A DNA stretch of 40,322 nt from Welwitschia mirabilis (taxonomy: Eukaryota). Both the position numbers and the translations under genes were made by a program. The notes below the pieces were generated by a model. It was not told the origin of the DNA and did no database searches. It saw nothing but the letters and a program-made list of their open reading frames with translations. Location: contig JBOZIK010000001.1 in NCBI GenBank assembly GCA_051453625.1, positions 17,200,337 through 17,240,658 of the forward strand, in the 5' to 3' direction. Positions within the stretch are counted from its first letter, which is position 1; every line of letters starts with the position of its first letter. Positions 1 to 10,712 of this stretch are shown in pieces.

Positions 1-888
1 AGTTAATACATTTTATCATGCATCTTTAATCAGATATTATTATGATATTTTCCTTTAGAGTTTGCTACATTAGTACTTAGACTAGGTAAAAAATTCTTCT
101 TCTTATTCTTTATGTCTATTTTTCCTATGCTTTTTCTTTTATTTTCATGTCATATTATTTTCTAGTTATTTTTCCATTTTCTTCTTTCCTAGTTTAGTAG
201 TTTGGTAGTTTTTCATTCCATGACTTTTTGCATTTGTCATTTTCATTAATTTAGGCAATTCGAGACGCATTGCATATTTTAAGTGGGGGGCAGGATACAT
301 ATATATTTTTAATATTNNNNNNNNNNNNNNNNNNNNNNNNNNNNNNNNNNNNNNNNNNNNNNNNNNNNNNNNNNNNNNNNNNNNNNNNNNNNNNNNNNNN
401 NNNNNNNNNNNNNNNNAGACGATTTTCTAGTTATTTTTCCATTTTCTTCTTTCCTCGTTTAGTAGTTTGGTAGTTTTTCATTCCATGACTTTTTGCATTT
501 GTCATTTTCATTAATTTAGGAAATTCGAGACGCATTGCATATTTTAAGTGGGGGGCAGGATACATATATATTTTTAATATTACATATTTCTGATCCAATT
601 TTTTCGATTATGATAAATTATTATTGCAAATCCTCCTTAATTTTTACATGATTATAGTTAACTATCTATCACAAAAGGAGTTATTTTCTAGAATTTTATA
701 ACTAATACAAAATCTATTTTCTATCACAGGTTCCAAGCTTTGAAAAACTTTTAAGGAGCCTGTCATCCCAATTGTTGTCTAGACGACATCCCGAATGACA
801 TACAAACATTTGACAATCTACAGGTATCTAAATTCAGCTTTTAAAATGTTAAAAATTTAGTTCATTCTTGTTACATTTTTGTTAGATA
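1..888 (+). mobile_element. Family A Athila-like element, non-coding internal region downstream of pol (partial)
   Basis: Bases 1-~230 align by eye with 35897-36130 of the plus-strand family A copy (AGTTAATACATTT.ATCATGCAT...). Contains an Athila-type ...TTTTAAGTGGGGGG motif and a GTCGTC/GACGAC palindrome at ~761-800. Confidence 0.7.
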
Positions 889-1137
889 NNNNNNNNNNNN
901 NNNNNNNNNNNNNNNNNNNNNNNNNNNNNNNNNNNNNNNNNNNNNNNNNNNNNNNNNNNNNNNNNNNNNNNNNNNNNNNNNNNNNNNNNNNNNNNNNNNN
1001 NNNNNNNNNNNNNNNNNNNNNNNNNNNNNNNNNNNNNNNNNNNNNNNNNNNNNNNNNNNNNNNNNNNNNNNNNNNNNNNNNNNNNNNNNNNNNNNNNNNN
1101 NNNNNNNNNNNNNNNNNNNNNNNNNNNNNNNNNNNNN

Positions 1138-1833
1138 ATTTCATATAGATATAGATAAATTGTATTTTTAGATGATTATCCCTGCAAACAACAAGATATC
1201 ACATTGATAAAAGATGAAGAAAAGACTGTCGTCCCCTCTGTCATGCAGACAACAATCAGAACGACAACCCTAATTGGACATATGATAGACTTATTTCTGG
1301 ATGACTTACAGTTAAAGTGAAGATCTTATTATCATACTTCATCATCCACCTCATCGTCTAGACAATACTAGTGGACGATATCTTTAAAATCAATTGACAG
1401 AACTTCACATGTAGATCACAGATAGTTAAACTCGAAGCTAAATAGATAACTCATTGTAAATCCCTGTCGTCTCCTCCATCGTCCAGACGATCATAAGGAC
1501 GACACTGTCCTTTTATAGTTTTACAGAATTTATTCCCAAGTTGTTGCCTATTATTTGCAACTTTTCCTTGCANNNNNNNNNNNNNNNNNNNNNNNNNNNN
1601 NNNNNNNNNNNNNNNNNNNNNNNNNNNNNNNNNNNNNNNNNNNNNNNNNNNNNNNNNNNNNNNNNNNNNNNNAGTCTCGGAAATTGATTGTCTAATGTCT
1701 AGTCTAATTCCTTTAATGGATCATGACATTCATGTTATCTCTCATCTATACTAGTGTGTGTGTTTTTTGTAAGTATTATGATTTACAAGTTTACCTAAAG
1801 GACTTAAGAATTGCATAAATTGAAACTGCAAAA
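1138..1833 (+). repeat. Family A LTR, interrupted by N gaps
   Basis: 1138-1572 aligns closely with 10859-11292. 1673-1833 aligns more loosely with the LTR 3' end (ATTGCATAAATTGAAACTGCAAAA vs ATTGCACAAATACACACTGCAATA). No PBS follows. Confidence 0.8.
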
Positions 1834-4347
1834 ATCATTATCTTCTAAGCAAGAACCAAGTTTTAATGAAGAAGATAAACCCTCTTTAGCATTGAAACCA
1901 TATTCTAAAGATTTTTTCAATGATCATTTACCTTGTTAAGTGGTTTTCAAATAATCTATACCTTCCCCTTGAGAGATTATATTCTATGAATTATTGAGTA
2001 AGAAAAAACAAGTTTAAGAATTTACTATTTTTAATTTTTAATGCATAAAATTTTTCACTCATACTAATGTTCTCTTTAATTTTTGGACTCATGCATAAAA
2101 TTCTACATGGATTTGCTTCTAACTCAAAATGTTTCATAAAATTTTGATCCATTATCCAACTTTTTCATTGATCACCATTTTGATCTTCTATACATGCATT
2201 ACATTAGAAAACATTTTCCCTTGAAAGTTTTAAATTAATTTCATGATTTTATATTAGATTTTCCTTGTATATTAGATTTAGAATAGAAAAATATAAAAAC
2301 ATTAAAAATATTATTGCTTGATAATCTCTCTTTTTTAAAACTACCTAATCCTTACCATTTGTATAATCATTGCTTTAAGTTCTTTTATTTATGAAATCCT
2401 AAATATCATTCTTAGGACAAAATTAGCTATCACTTCCTTAAACCTTATCATCCCCTTCTTCCAACATAGCATTACTTCATAAGACTTATACATCATCTAC
2501 CTTGCCCATCATATTATGAGTTCATGAGACTTATAGATCTTGGATAGTGGCCTTTTTACATAAATATGAATAGATCTTTGTGATACCATGGTTTTGGTTA
2601 AGATTAGTTGGATTCTTTCTTCTTATAAGGAAGTAATTTTTATATATAAGTTATTTCTTTAAGGATTATATTCATCTGATATTTCTAATTTGGAATTGAG
2701 AAAAGAAAACATGATTTTTTTAACTTTCATGATGTGTTTTTATTTCAAGAATTTATGGGGATCAAATACTTACTAATTAGGCTAATGAAGTAATGACCCC
2801 TCTTATATGCATTTAAGTAAAAGCCTATGAAAAGTAGAATCAAAAGAAAAATAATATCTTTTCTTCAAAAGTGTAATTTTATTTTTGATCAAATTTTATT
2901 GGATTTAGTTAAATATAGGCTATGAATGTTTATTGATAATGTTGCTCTAATGATTTATTTGTGATACATTCAATTATGATGAGGCTATAAATGCTTACTG
3001 AAAATATAACACTAACTTATTTATGTACAACATGTTTAACTCTATTGAAAGAAAGTTCCACAATACTAAATGCTTGATAAGATCAAATGCTTAAAGAATG
3101 TTACTTACGATTGTAGAAGGATAAAAATAGGAAATAAACTAAGGTGGGACTAGAGACTTCTTATAAATTTTTTATTTTACATTTGATACTTAATATCTTT
3201 TACTACTCTTGATATGCATGAATTTACTTTATCAATGTTTGTCTTGTTTTTACTTTAAGGCATAATTAAATAAAACATTTTTAAGGAAATTACTTTAGTT
3301 TCATAGTCTTATTTATTCATGGAATATATGGTATAATAATAGTTGCATTTCCATTCATTTCACCGTTCCATACCTCATGCATTTATCCTTCCACCATTAT
3401 GAGAAAGCATACTTAATGTTATATTGATATCCATTATGATGAAACCCTTCCATTTGATATGCTTAAGATAAGTCAATCTAAAATATCATTAAGACTAGAA
3501 GGCATAAATTTTATTAAATTTTTATTCAACTTGGATTCTCCTATCTTTTTATTACTTCATCATTACATTTCTATTAGCTCTTCATCCTCATCTATTCAAT
3601 ATTCTGAACCTAGGATCCTCTGCTACAAGAAAAGACTACCACTATGAGATGTCACTGTTATCATTTTCCTCCTATTAATTTCACTCTTCTTTACACAACC
3701 TCTTATTCTAATCCATAATCATCTGATATTATTGGTAAGTTATGATTTTTCATAGAAGTAAACTATAACTTGACTTTTTTAATCTATGTTCCATCTGATT
3801 TTTACATTTCATTCTTCATCTTCCTTCTTTATATTTTCTTCATTTATACCTCTTCTCACTTGTAAATTTTCATCCTTCATTTCTTTATATGCATTTAATT
3901 TATAGTAATAATTTGTATAACTTATTATTTACCAATTTCTCATAAAGTTTCCTTTCACTTCCTACATCTTTTAGTATTTTTTTCCTTTTTTCTCTCTCTT
4001 TATATTACAGTTTAGTTGCAATGATTTGAATACTTCTCTTTTTAATAAAATAATACTTCATGAAGAATTTATTTTAAAGGTATGCAACATGTTCTTAAAA
4101 GTTGTATTGAAATTTTTCATCTTTTTAACTTTGAGGACAAAGCTCAATTATGGTTACAGGTTATGACATTCATGTTTTAGTTGAATTTTATAATCTTAAT
4201 GTCTTATTTTTTAAAAAGTTTTTAAAAATTTTTAAAATTTATATTATTGTTACAGGCTTTAATATTTTTCTTAAATAAATTTTTAATGTTGATCATTTCT
4301 TTAATAACACTTCAATAAAATTCTATTGAAAATCTAGATAGGAGGTG
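1834..4347 (+). mobile_element. Family B Athila-like element, 3' internal region
   Basis: Lies directly upstream of a family B LTR start at 4348. Has an Athila-type TTGAGGACAA motif at 4131 and a purine-rich PPT-like AGATAGGAGGTG immediately before the LTR. Confidence 0.5.
2600..3450 (+). pseudogene. Possible decayed Athila extra (ORF2/env-like, Transposase_32-like) ORF of family B
   Basis: The frame at 3121-3420 reads KLRWD*RLLINFLFY...LFLL*GIIK...S*SYLFMEYM...RSIPHAFILPPL, loosely resembling the C-terminal half of the Athila extra ORF. Its position upstream of the PPT fits. Many stops; weak. Confidence 0.3.
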
Positions 4348-5020
4348 TATTTACATGTATAAATTGACTTGTAGACTAAGATAATTTAATTACTTTAGCA
4401 TAGGAGAAGACATTATATTAGTTATTTTATCATAAATTTGTATCTTTTTCTCTTTTAGGATGTTTTATGAACTTACTCACTTTTCCACAATAATTTTAGA
4501 TTATTTACTTCTTTCTAAAGACATATCAAAAATTAAAGATTATTTAGTAGAAAACATCAATGCCATCATCTAGGTTACTAGTGTTTCTAGTTCATTAAGG
4601 TAAAATGCATCAAAATCTATGTTCTAGAACTTTCATGAAAAATTAATCATATTCTAGATGTGGATCAAATTACTTATTGCATCAAGAACAACTAATAACT
4701 TCAATGGTACATGGTAGTGGCACAAAGTAATACTTAATAGTGACATGTGATAGTGTTGTATATAATGATTTTGGATATACATGGTGGTTATACTAGATGA
4801 TAGAAGAATCATAATCTAAAGGCTACATAATTGTGATGACCTTCACCTAACACAAATAAATGAAACCTCTACCTAAGACTAAATAATGAAAACTATAACC
4901 ATTAAAAATCTAACCCTTCAAATTCTAACTATGACTAACACTATAATTTAAAAGTTTATAATCCTTCCTTTCCTATAAAAGATCCTTGATCTATTATTTG
5001 TAGAAAGCTTTGGTTACTAA
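4348..5020 (+). repeat. Family B 3' LTR, truncated
   Basis: 4348-4720 aligns with the reverse complement of 8593-8200 (e.g. TTTAGcATAgGaGAAGAcATTA..TTA..TATTTTATcATAAA..TGTATC; TCTAGA..TTCATGaAAA). TATA-like CCTATAAAA at ~4972. Confidence 0.65.
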
Positions 5021-5409
5021 AATATATATAAAATTCCTTAAAGAGTTAAGTCAAGATGGCATTTTGAGCTCTTCCATTAGGATTGAGTTAGCTTTAAGGC
5101 TAGATTTAAGGCATTTATACTAATTTTGCTTTCATACTTCAATGTAATGTAATTTTTTTCATGAATAATAGTTATTCATTTTTAATTTTTAGTATTAGTA
5201 ACATCATACGTTTAATGTTTAACTAAAACCACATTAGTAAGTTATCTTGTTTACCAAGTGGGTTTTTCAACATTACTTATGAGATTTATAGTTGCTATTA
5301 TTTTATGAATTTTTTTTATAGTATTTCATACTTTTCATTCTTATGAAGGGATATGAAGTATCAAAGAGACTAATTAACTCACCAATAACCATGTGATAAA
5401 TGAGATTAT

Positions 5410-5610
5410 GTCATCATGTTTTAAGTCTTGAATGACTTAAAATTCTTATTATTATTTTAGAAAATTATGGAACATTGTTGAAGTAAAATTTTTGTAGGTT
5501 GGATTACTCAAGGTATAGTTAGTTTATTTTCTAACTTCACCTGTCAAGTTTAAAAATAATTACAACTTTACTTTTTCTTTTTTCCTCAAATTTCTTATAG
5601 GTTAGAAAAA
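5410..5610 (-). pseudogene. Gypsy integrase C-terminal remnant
   Basis: Degraded match to the ..F..G+KV.L...KL..GKL...W.GP+VI...FKV...RLKH pattern (here KFEEKEK.K...VKLENK..IP*VI...RLKH, with frameshifts). Confidence 0.45.
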
Positions 5611-5769
5611 TGTTATGTAGCCTATGTCTAGTTCTATATTGATTTATTCCTATGAAAAAAATGATACTAAGTAATTACCTAGTTTATTAAAATTCACATT
5701 TACTATAGAAAATACAAATTCATCTTGTGAAAAACTTGTTAGCTACTATTTAAGTTGGTATTACCTACA

Positions 5770-6950
5770 TACTATTAGATATGAAATAAATGATAACATT
5801 ACCCAAGATTTTAATGACCTCATTTTATTAACTACTTTTTTAATGGTTGGATCAAGTCATCTTTGGGCTTTAATAAAAGGCTTAGTATTTTTCTCAAGGT
5901 ATATGTGATCTATAAAACACTAGGTTCTATGCCTCTAATATTCAAAAGGATCCAACCAAGGTCTTGCTTATATTTTTCCTAAAATATTTAACAATTCATT
6001 CTCTTGCAGTGAAGATAAAGAAGAACTAATTACCCAAAGGCATAATTAAGGTTATAAGGAAGTGGTTTAGGTCCACCTCAGGGCTTGTCTTATTTGATCA
6101 TGCATAAGTATTTTTCTAAAGAGAAGTCTGAGATGGAAGCATCTCAGATATGGATGAAAAGTTCTTTATTAAGAAGGTAACTTTCTATCCTATTCACATG
6201 TTCAATTGCAATAGTAATAGGACATAATTTTATGGAATTGAAAACATTTAATTCAACTATCATATTGCCAAAGGAAATTTTTATGAGACCATTTCTATAG
6301 TTAATAACATAATTAAGAATTTCAAAAAAAGTCTTTCTAGGATGATGGACACTAAGTGATTAATTATGTTTTTTATATTTAGAACTAAAAAATCCATAAG
6401 TAAATAGCAATGTCTACACTAATGATAACATCCTCAATTTTTCCTAACTGTGCTTTTAAAGAATAATCAGTAAGTTGTAATTAGAGTTTAGTTTTTTCAA
6501 GTTCTTCTAAGCCTAGTTCTTTTTATGTATCATAGAAAATCAAGTTGATACTATATTCTAAATCTAATAGGGCTTGTTTGAGATGTCTCTTTATAATTGT
6601 AATGGCTATTATGGGGAGTCTAGAATATCTATACTTAGATGAAATTTGGTTCTAGATTATGAAAGTGGTCTATTAAGCTAGAAATGCTTACTTTTAACAT
6701 TCATTTTCCTCTTTATAGTGCACATACCTTCAAGACATTTAGTGTAAAAAGGTACTTTTATGATAGATTTTAAGGGAAACATATAAATTTTAACTTCTTT
6801 AAAACTTTGCAAGGTTTTTAGTTCTTTTATTGCTATGTTTTATTTTCTTCATAGCTGTGAAAATGATAAAGGTTTTTTGTAAGTGGATATGAGCTTTTTC
6901 ATTTCCTCTACTATTTTATTGTTTTATTAGTTTTTGTGGATATGGAATCC
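5770..6950 (-). pseudogene. Athila-type gag-pro linker, aspartic protease and RT N-terminus
   Basis: Translations include FKEVKI...KVPFYTKCLEGMCTIKRK, ALLDLEYSINL (6573-6541; cf. ALLDLGASVNL), LQLTDYS...GKIEDV, INYRNGLIKISFGNMIVELNVFN, KPLPYNLNYAF and LGWILLNIRGIEPS. Confidence 0.85.
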
Positions 6951-7215
6951 TCATTAATTTATCTAGGTTAATAATTAAAAAACGAAAAAAAAAAACAAGC
7001 TTGGGTATTACTATAAAGAACCTGTACCAACTATTAGAAAGCATAGAAACTAAAAATGTAGAAATCAAAATGTAAGAAAAGTAGAACTAGTTTAAGTATC
7101 ATTGGAAGAAATGAATGATAATTATTAGAAAATGCATAAAATGAATATACTAAAATCTAAGATGCAAGAAAATAAGTACTAATGCATTTCTTATTATAAA
7201 GATATTATTCCATTA

Positions 7216-7233
7216 TTCCTAGCAAGGGTGTTA
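7216..7233 (-). promoter_or_regulatory. Degenerate primer-binding site (tRNA-Asp type)
   Basis: Minus strand TAACACCCTTGCTAGGAA vs Athila PBS TGGCGCCGTTGCCGGGGA: 11/18, with 6 of 7 mismatches being G>A or C>T. Adjacent to the LTR end. Confidence 0.65.
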
Positions 7234-7239
7234 AAATGC

Positions 7240-8406
7240 TAATCAAGGATAGCTTTTTCAAATAAAAATTAGGTCTTTTGTTAAAGAAAGAACCCAGTTT
7301 TATTCTCTTCTTAATGATAATTCATGATAGAAGATAGTAAAACAATTCACACCTCTATTTTAGTAAATGATATAAGCAAAAGTGAAAATGAACAATCTAA
7401 TAAAAAAATATTTAAAGAAGTGAGAGTTAAAAATAGACATAGCGCTAAAGGATAACACAAATGTATTAATAAATAATACATTCCATTAAAATATATAACA
7501 TAAGTTCCACTTTAAGTTCTCATTATTCCATGTTCATTGTGATTTAAATCATGGTGACATAATCACATTCACCACAGGAGTAGTGGTGAGATCCTTTTGT
7601 TAGTTTGGTCTATCACAACCTATTTGTAAGTATGAATAGTAGGAAATCCAATCCAAGATTCATCAAATAAAACCAAAATATGAAACTTAGAATTTACACA
7701 AGAAGGATAACTTAGAAATATAAATAACTTAAAAAAAGGGAAGTTCAAATCAAGTATTAAAAGTATGAAATAAATCACACTTTTAATTAAGAAATGAAAA
7801 CTACTACCTTTTATTATAATAAAGAAACTATGTAACATATCAATTAAGTAAACTAAATCTTAACAAATAAATATAATTCTTAACTCAAGGCTAGTCCATT
7901 CCCAAAAGGAAAACTTAAGACAACATGCTTGAAGTCTCCTTTACTTCAAGGTTAAGTGCTTTCATTTCAATAATAAATGTTTCAAAGTGGATTGCTTAGG
8001 ATTAAAATGATTGGGATCCTCTATCTCTAGTATTGGATAGAGTGTTTGAAGTTCCGTATCTTAGTGTAATGTATCTTCCACCCAAAATAACATGGATTAT
8101 CATGATGAGTCTAATATGTGAGCTTTGAAGTAAGATTCCTCAACTGATCAGTGGAACTACCACATGTCACTAATGTCATTATCATTTTATGCAATACTAA
8201 TCATTTTATGGTTAAATATAATAGATAATTTTGGTGTAGTAACTAATCAGAACTACAAATAGAAATGACTTACTTTTCCATGATAAATCTAGACTATAAA
8301 TTTAGAAGAAACCTTTATAAGTAAGTAGTATCACTAGTTTTTTTAGTAGTGTCAGCTTCATTTTGTAACATGTAATTCAAAATGTATCTAAATACCTAAA
8401 AAAATA

Positions 8407-8471
<65 letters not shown>

Positions 8472-8593
8472 TTTACATATATCATTAAAAAGAATCGATA
8501 CAGTTTTATAATAAAATAGTTAAATTAATATCTTCACTTATACTAAATTGACCAAATATACTTAAGATAAATGTTATTTTTTACATGTTATCA
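7240..8593 (-). repeat. Family B 5' LTR (~1.35 kb)
   Basis: Starts TGATAACA on the minus strand at 8593 and ends TGATTA (cf. TGATCA) next to the PBS. Homologous to 4348-4720 in inverted orientation. Confidence 0.72.
8410..8469. repeat. (TA)30 microsatellite
   Basis: Perfect TA dinucleotide run read directly from the sequence. Confidence 0.97.
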
Positions 8594-9000
8594 AAACTAC
8601 AATAAATAAGCATAGAATACATATTAAGTTTGAATAAGATTATTTACTAATGGCATACTTATGAAAGAAATAATTTTCTACATGAACATGTAACAAGCTC
8701 AAGTTTTAGAATATTTATCCTTATAAGATTTTGAAGAAGATTTCATCTATGAATAACCTATATAGAAAGAAGCTCCAATAATATAGTTATAAAAGTTAAA
8801 TAAAGAAAAGCAAAATGTGGCTATGGAAGTAGTGATTCTTAAAATCTATGAGAGTAATACATGAAGAAAGGTGTATAATGAATACTTAGTTCAAATACTA
8901 GGATGTTGTCTAAAGGATATAATTTAAATCTTAGATCATAATTCCTTGAGAATGGACCATGAAATTTTAGGGAAAAAAGAAATTCTTTCCTATGATAGCA
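8594..9000 (+). pseudogene. Chromovirus (Ty3/Gypsy) integrase C-terminus with chromodomain remnant
   Basis: NKLKF*NIYPYKILKKIS (cf. KL..+..GP+KIL++I), then EVVILK....T*RKVYNEYLVQILG...KDII*I (EYLV at 8880-8891; cf. chromodomain EYLVKW.G...D.TW). Confidence 0.65.
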
Positions 9001-9023
9001 CACTTTTAAGAAGGAAAGGATAG

Positions 9024-9904
9024 TGTAAGAGCATTATTAGAAGAATAAAAATAAAAAGTATGATTTAGTTAGAAGTTTTTTTGTTAAGTTTTATATGAAA
9101 AATAATATTTTTCATGGTTAATTACCATGAAGACACCATACGTAATAGCCATGTAGGCATCATATGTATTTAGCATAGAAGAAATATTAGTGCATAGAAT
9201 ACATGATGTTTAGAAAAATGAATAACTTATAAGAAATAAATTACTTTCATAGGGAATTCATCTATAAAGAATTTACTACGTTTAAATATTATCTCTAGTG
9301 ATTCTTATAAGATGATAATGTTAGAAGGCTTCTTCATCAGTAAGGATTCCTTTTAGATCCCTATAAATAATAGGGTATAAAGCGATAAAGATCATGCTTG
9401 AGGNNNNNNNNNNGAGGAGTATGATTTAAAGAGTATGACTTGGAAATACCTTATTGAAGGACTTGAAGAAGGAAGAAGTAATATATCTTAAAGTTGAAGT
9501 TTGACAAGATCTCTTATTGAGGGACTTAAGAAGAGAAATCATAGTGGACATCATGGTTTACTTGTATTCTCTTTTAAAGAAGACCAAACATTAGAGTAAT
9601 AAAGCCTAGATGCGATATTAACAACCACTATTAAAGAGAGATCTCATGAAAGATCTACTGGTTTGATTCTAGTTTGTAAGTGTTATATTAATAATTTATT
9701 TCTTTTGTATTTATTCAATTTCCACTTTAGAAATACAATACCAAAAGTATTCTTAGGGTTTTTCATGCTAGATTTACATCACTATATCTCATCAAACTTA
9801 GTAGGATTCTATGAATGTTCAAACTTGAAATTTATTAGTCAATGCATAGAGACACTATTTATTATTATTTTAGTGCTTTCATTAAGATTAAATTAACCTT
9901 ATCA
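9024..9904 (+). repeat. Chromovirus 3' LTR, preceded by a PPT
   Basis: TTTTAAGAAGGAAAGGATAG|TGTAAG junction (PPT 9008-9020, TG at 9024); CCTATAAATA at ~9360; ends CCTTATCA at 9904, where LINE sequence begins. Confidence 0.65.
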
Positions 9905-10712
9905 CACATTTAAGATGATAATTGTAAAGATTTTTTTAAATTCTTAAAATCCAAAGTAGGTGATAATCAATGCCGCTCTTATCTACTAATTAATAATATG
10001 TTAATTCCTAAGCTAGATGATAATCTAAATTATGTAGAATTACAATTATTTTTAAGGTAAATGTTTTTAATGCCTTTCTATATTATTATAATTCACTTTC
10101 ATTTCCAAGACTTTACTTTATCTCATAGCTCTATTTTAAAAAGAGGTATCATTTTTGAGGAAATAAAAGAGATATGCTTTAATTTAGCTAATGAAAATCC
10201 ATAGGATCTAATGTTTTTTTATTTAAACTTTATAAAACTCATTCAGACATCATTGGATATTATTATTGAAAGATGATTATGGAGGTCATTCATAAAGGTT
10301 CTTTAGGCTTTTATATCAATAAACAAGTTGTTGAACTTATGCCCAAATCTAGAGATTCTTATTTTATCATCAACTACTATTCTATCATATTGCTTAATGG
10401 TCCTTATAAAATTTTGGTTAAATGTGTAGTTAATTGATTAAAATCTAATCTTTTAGATATTATTCATATAGAACAATCTAGTTCTATTAAAGATAGATAA
10501 ATTCTCAATAATTTAATTGCTACATAAAAAGGAATATAATGCATAAAAGATTTTGGTTAAGATGTTATCTTTTTTAAACTAGATTATCCAAATGCATATG
10601 ATAAAATTTATTTTTATTTTATGTTAAAATACATGAATAAGATATATTTTAGCATAAATTTTCTTCATTTAATTACCTACTTATTTAATAATGCTAATTT
10701 TTGTGTAGTGTC
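9905..10712 (+). mobile_element. L1/Tx1-type LINE ORF2 (reverse transcriptase) fragment, pseudogenised
   Basis: EEIKEICFNL...LYKTHSDIIG...SLGFYINKQVVELMPKSRD...NYYSIILLNGPYKILVKCVVN*LK..LDIIHIEQSSSIKDR*ILNNLI...KLDYPNAYDKI matches LINE RT motifs LIPK, RPI.LLN..YKILAK, Q..FI.GR.I.DN and KLDF.KAYD. Confidence 0.9.

Larger units (their letters stand above)
5050..8593 (-). mobile_element. Family B Athila-like LTR retrotransposon, internally deleted, 3' LTR not found
   Basis: Order on the minus strand: LTR (8593-7240), PBS, short leader, gag-pro linker, protease, RT N-terminus, integrase C-terminal tail, post-pol region. Confidence 0.78.

Noticed and set aside
157..581. ~160-bp near-identical direct repeat (157-316 and 422-581)
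   Set aside because: It flanks a 100-N gap and is most likely an unmerged contig overlap, not a real tandem duplication.
270..1148. ORF-track calls containing X runs (also 38736-38966)
   Set aside because: They are open only because they cross N gaps.
7569..7589. Hairpin TCACCAC-N7-GTGGTGA as a terminator or ncRNA
   Set aside because: A single 7-bp stem inside an LTR is expected by chance and has no other support.
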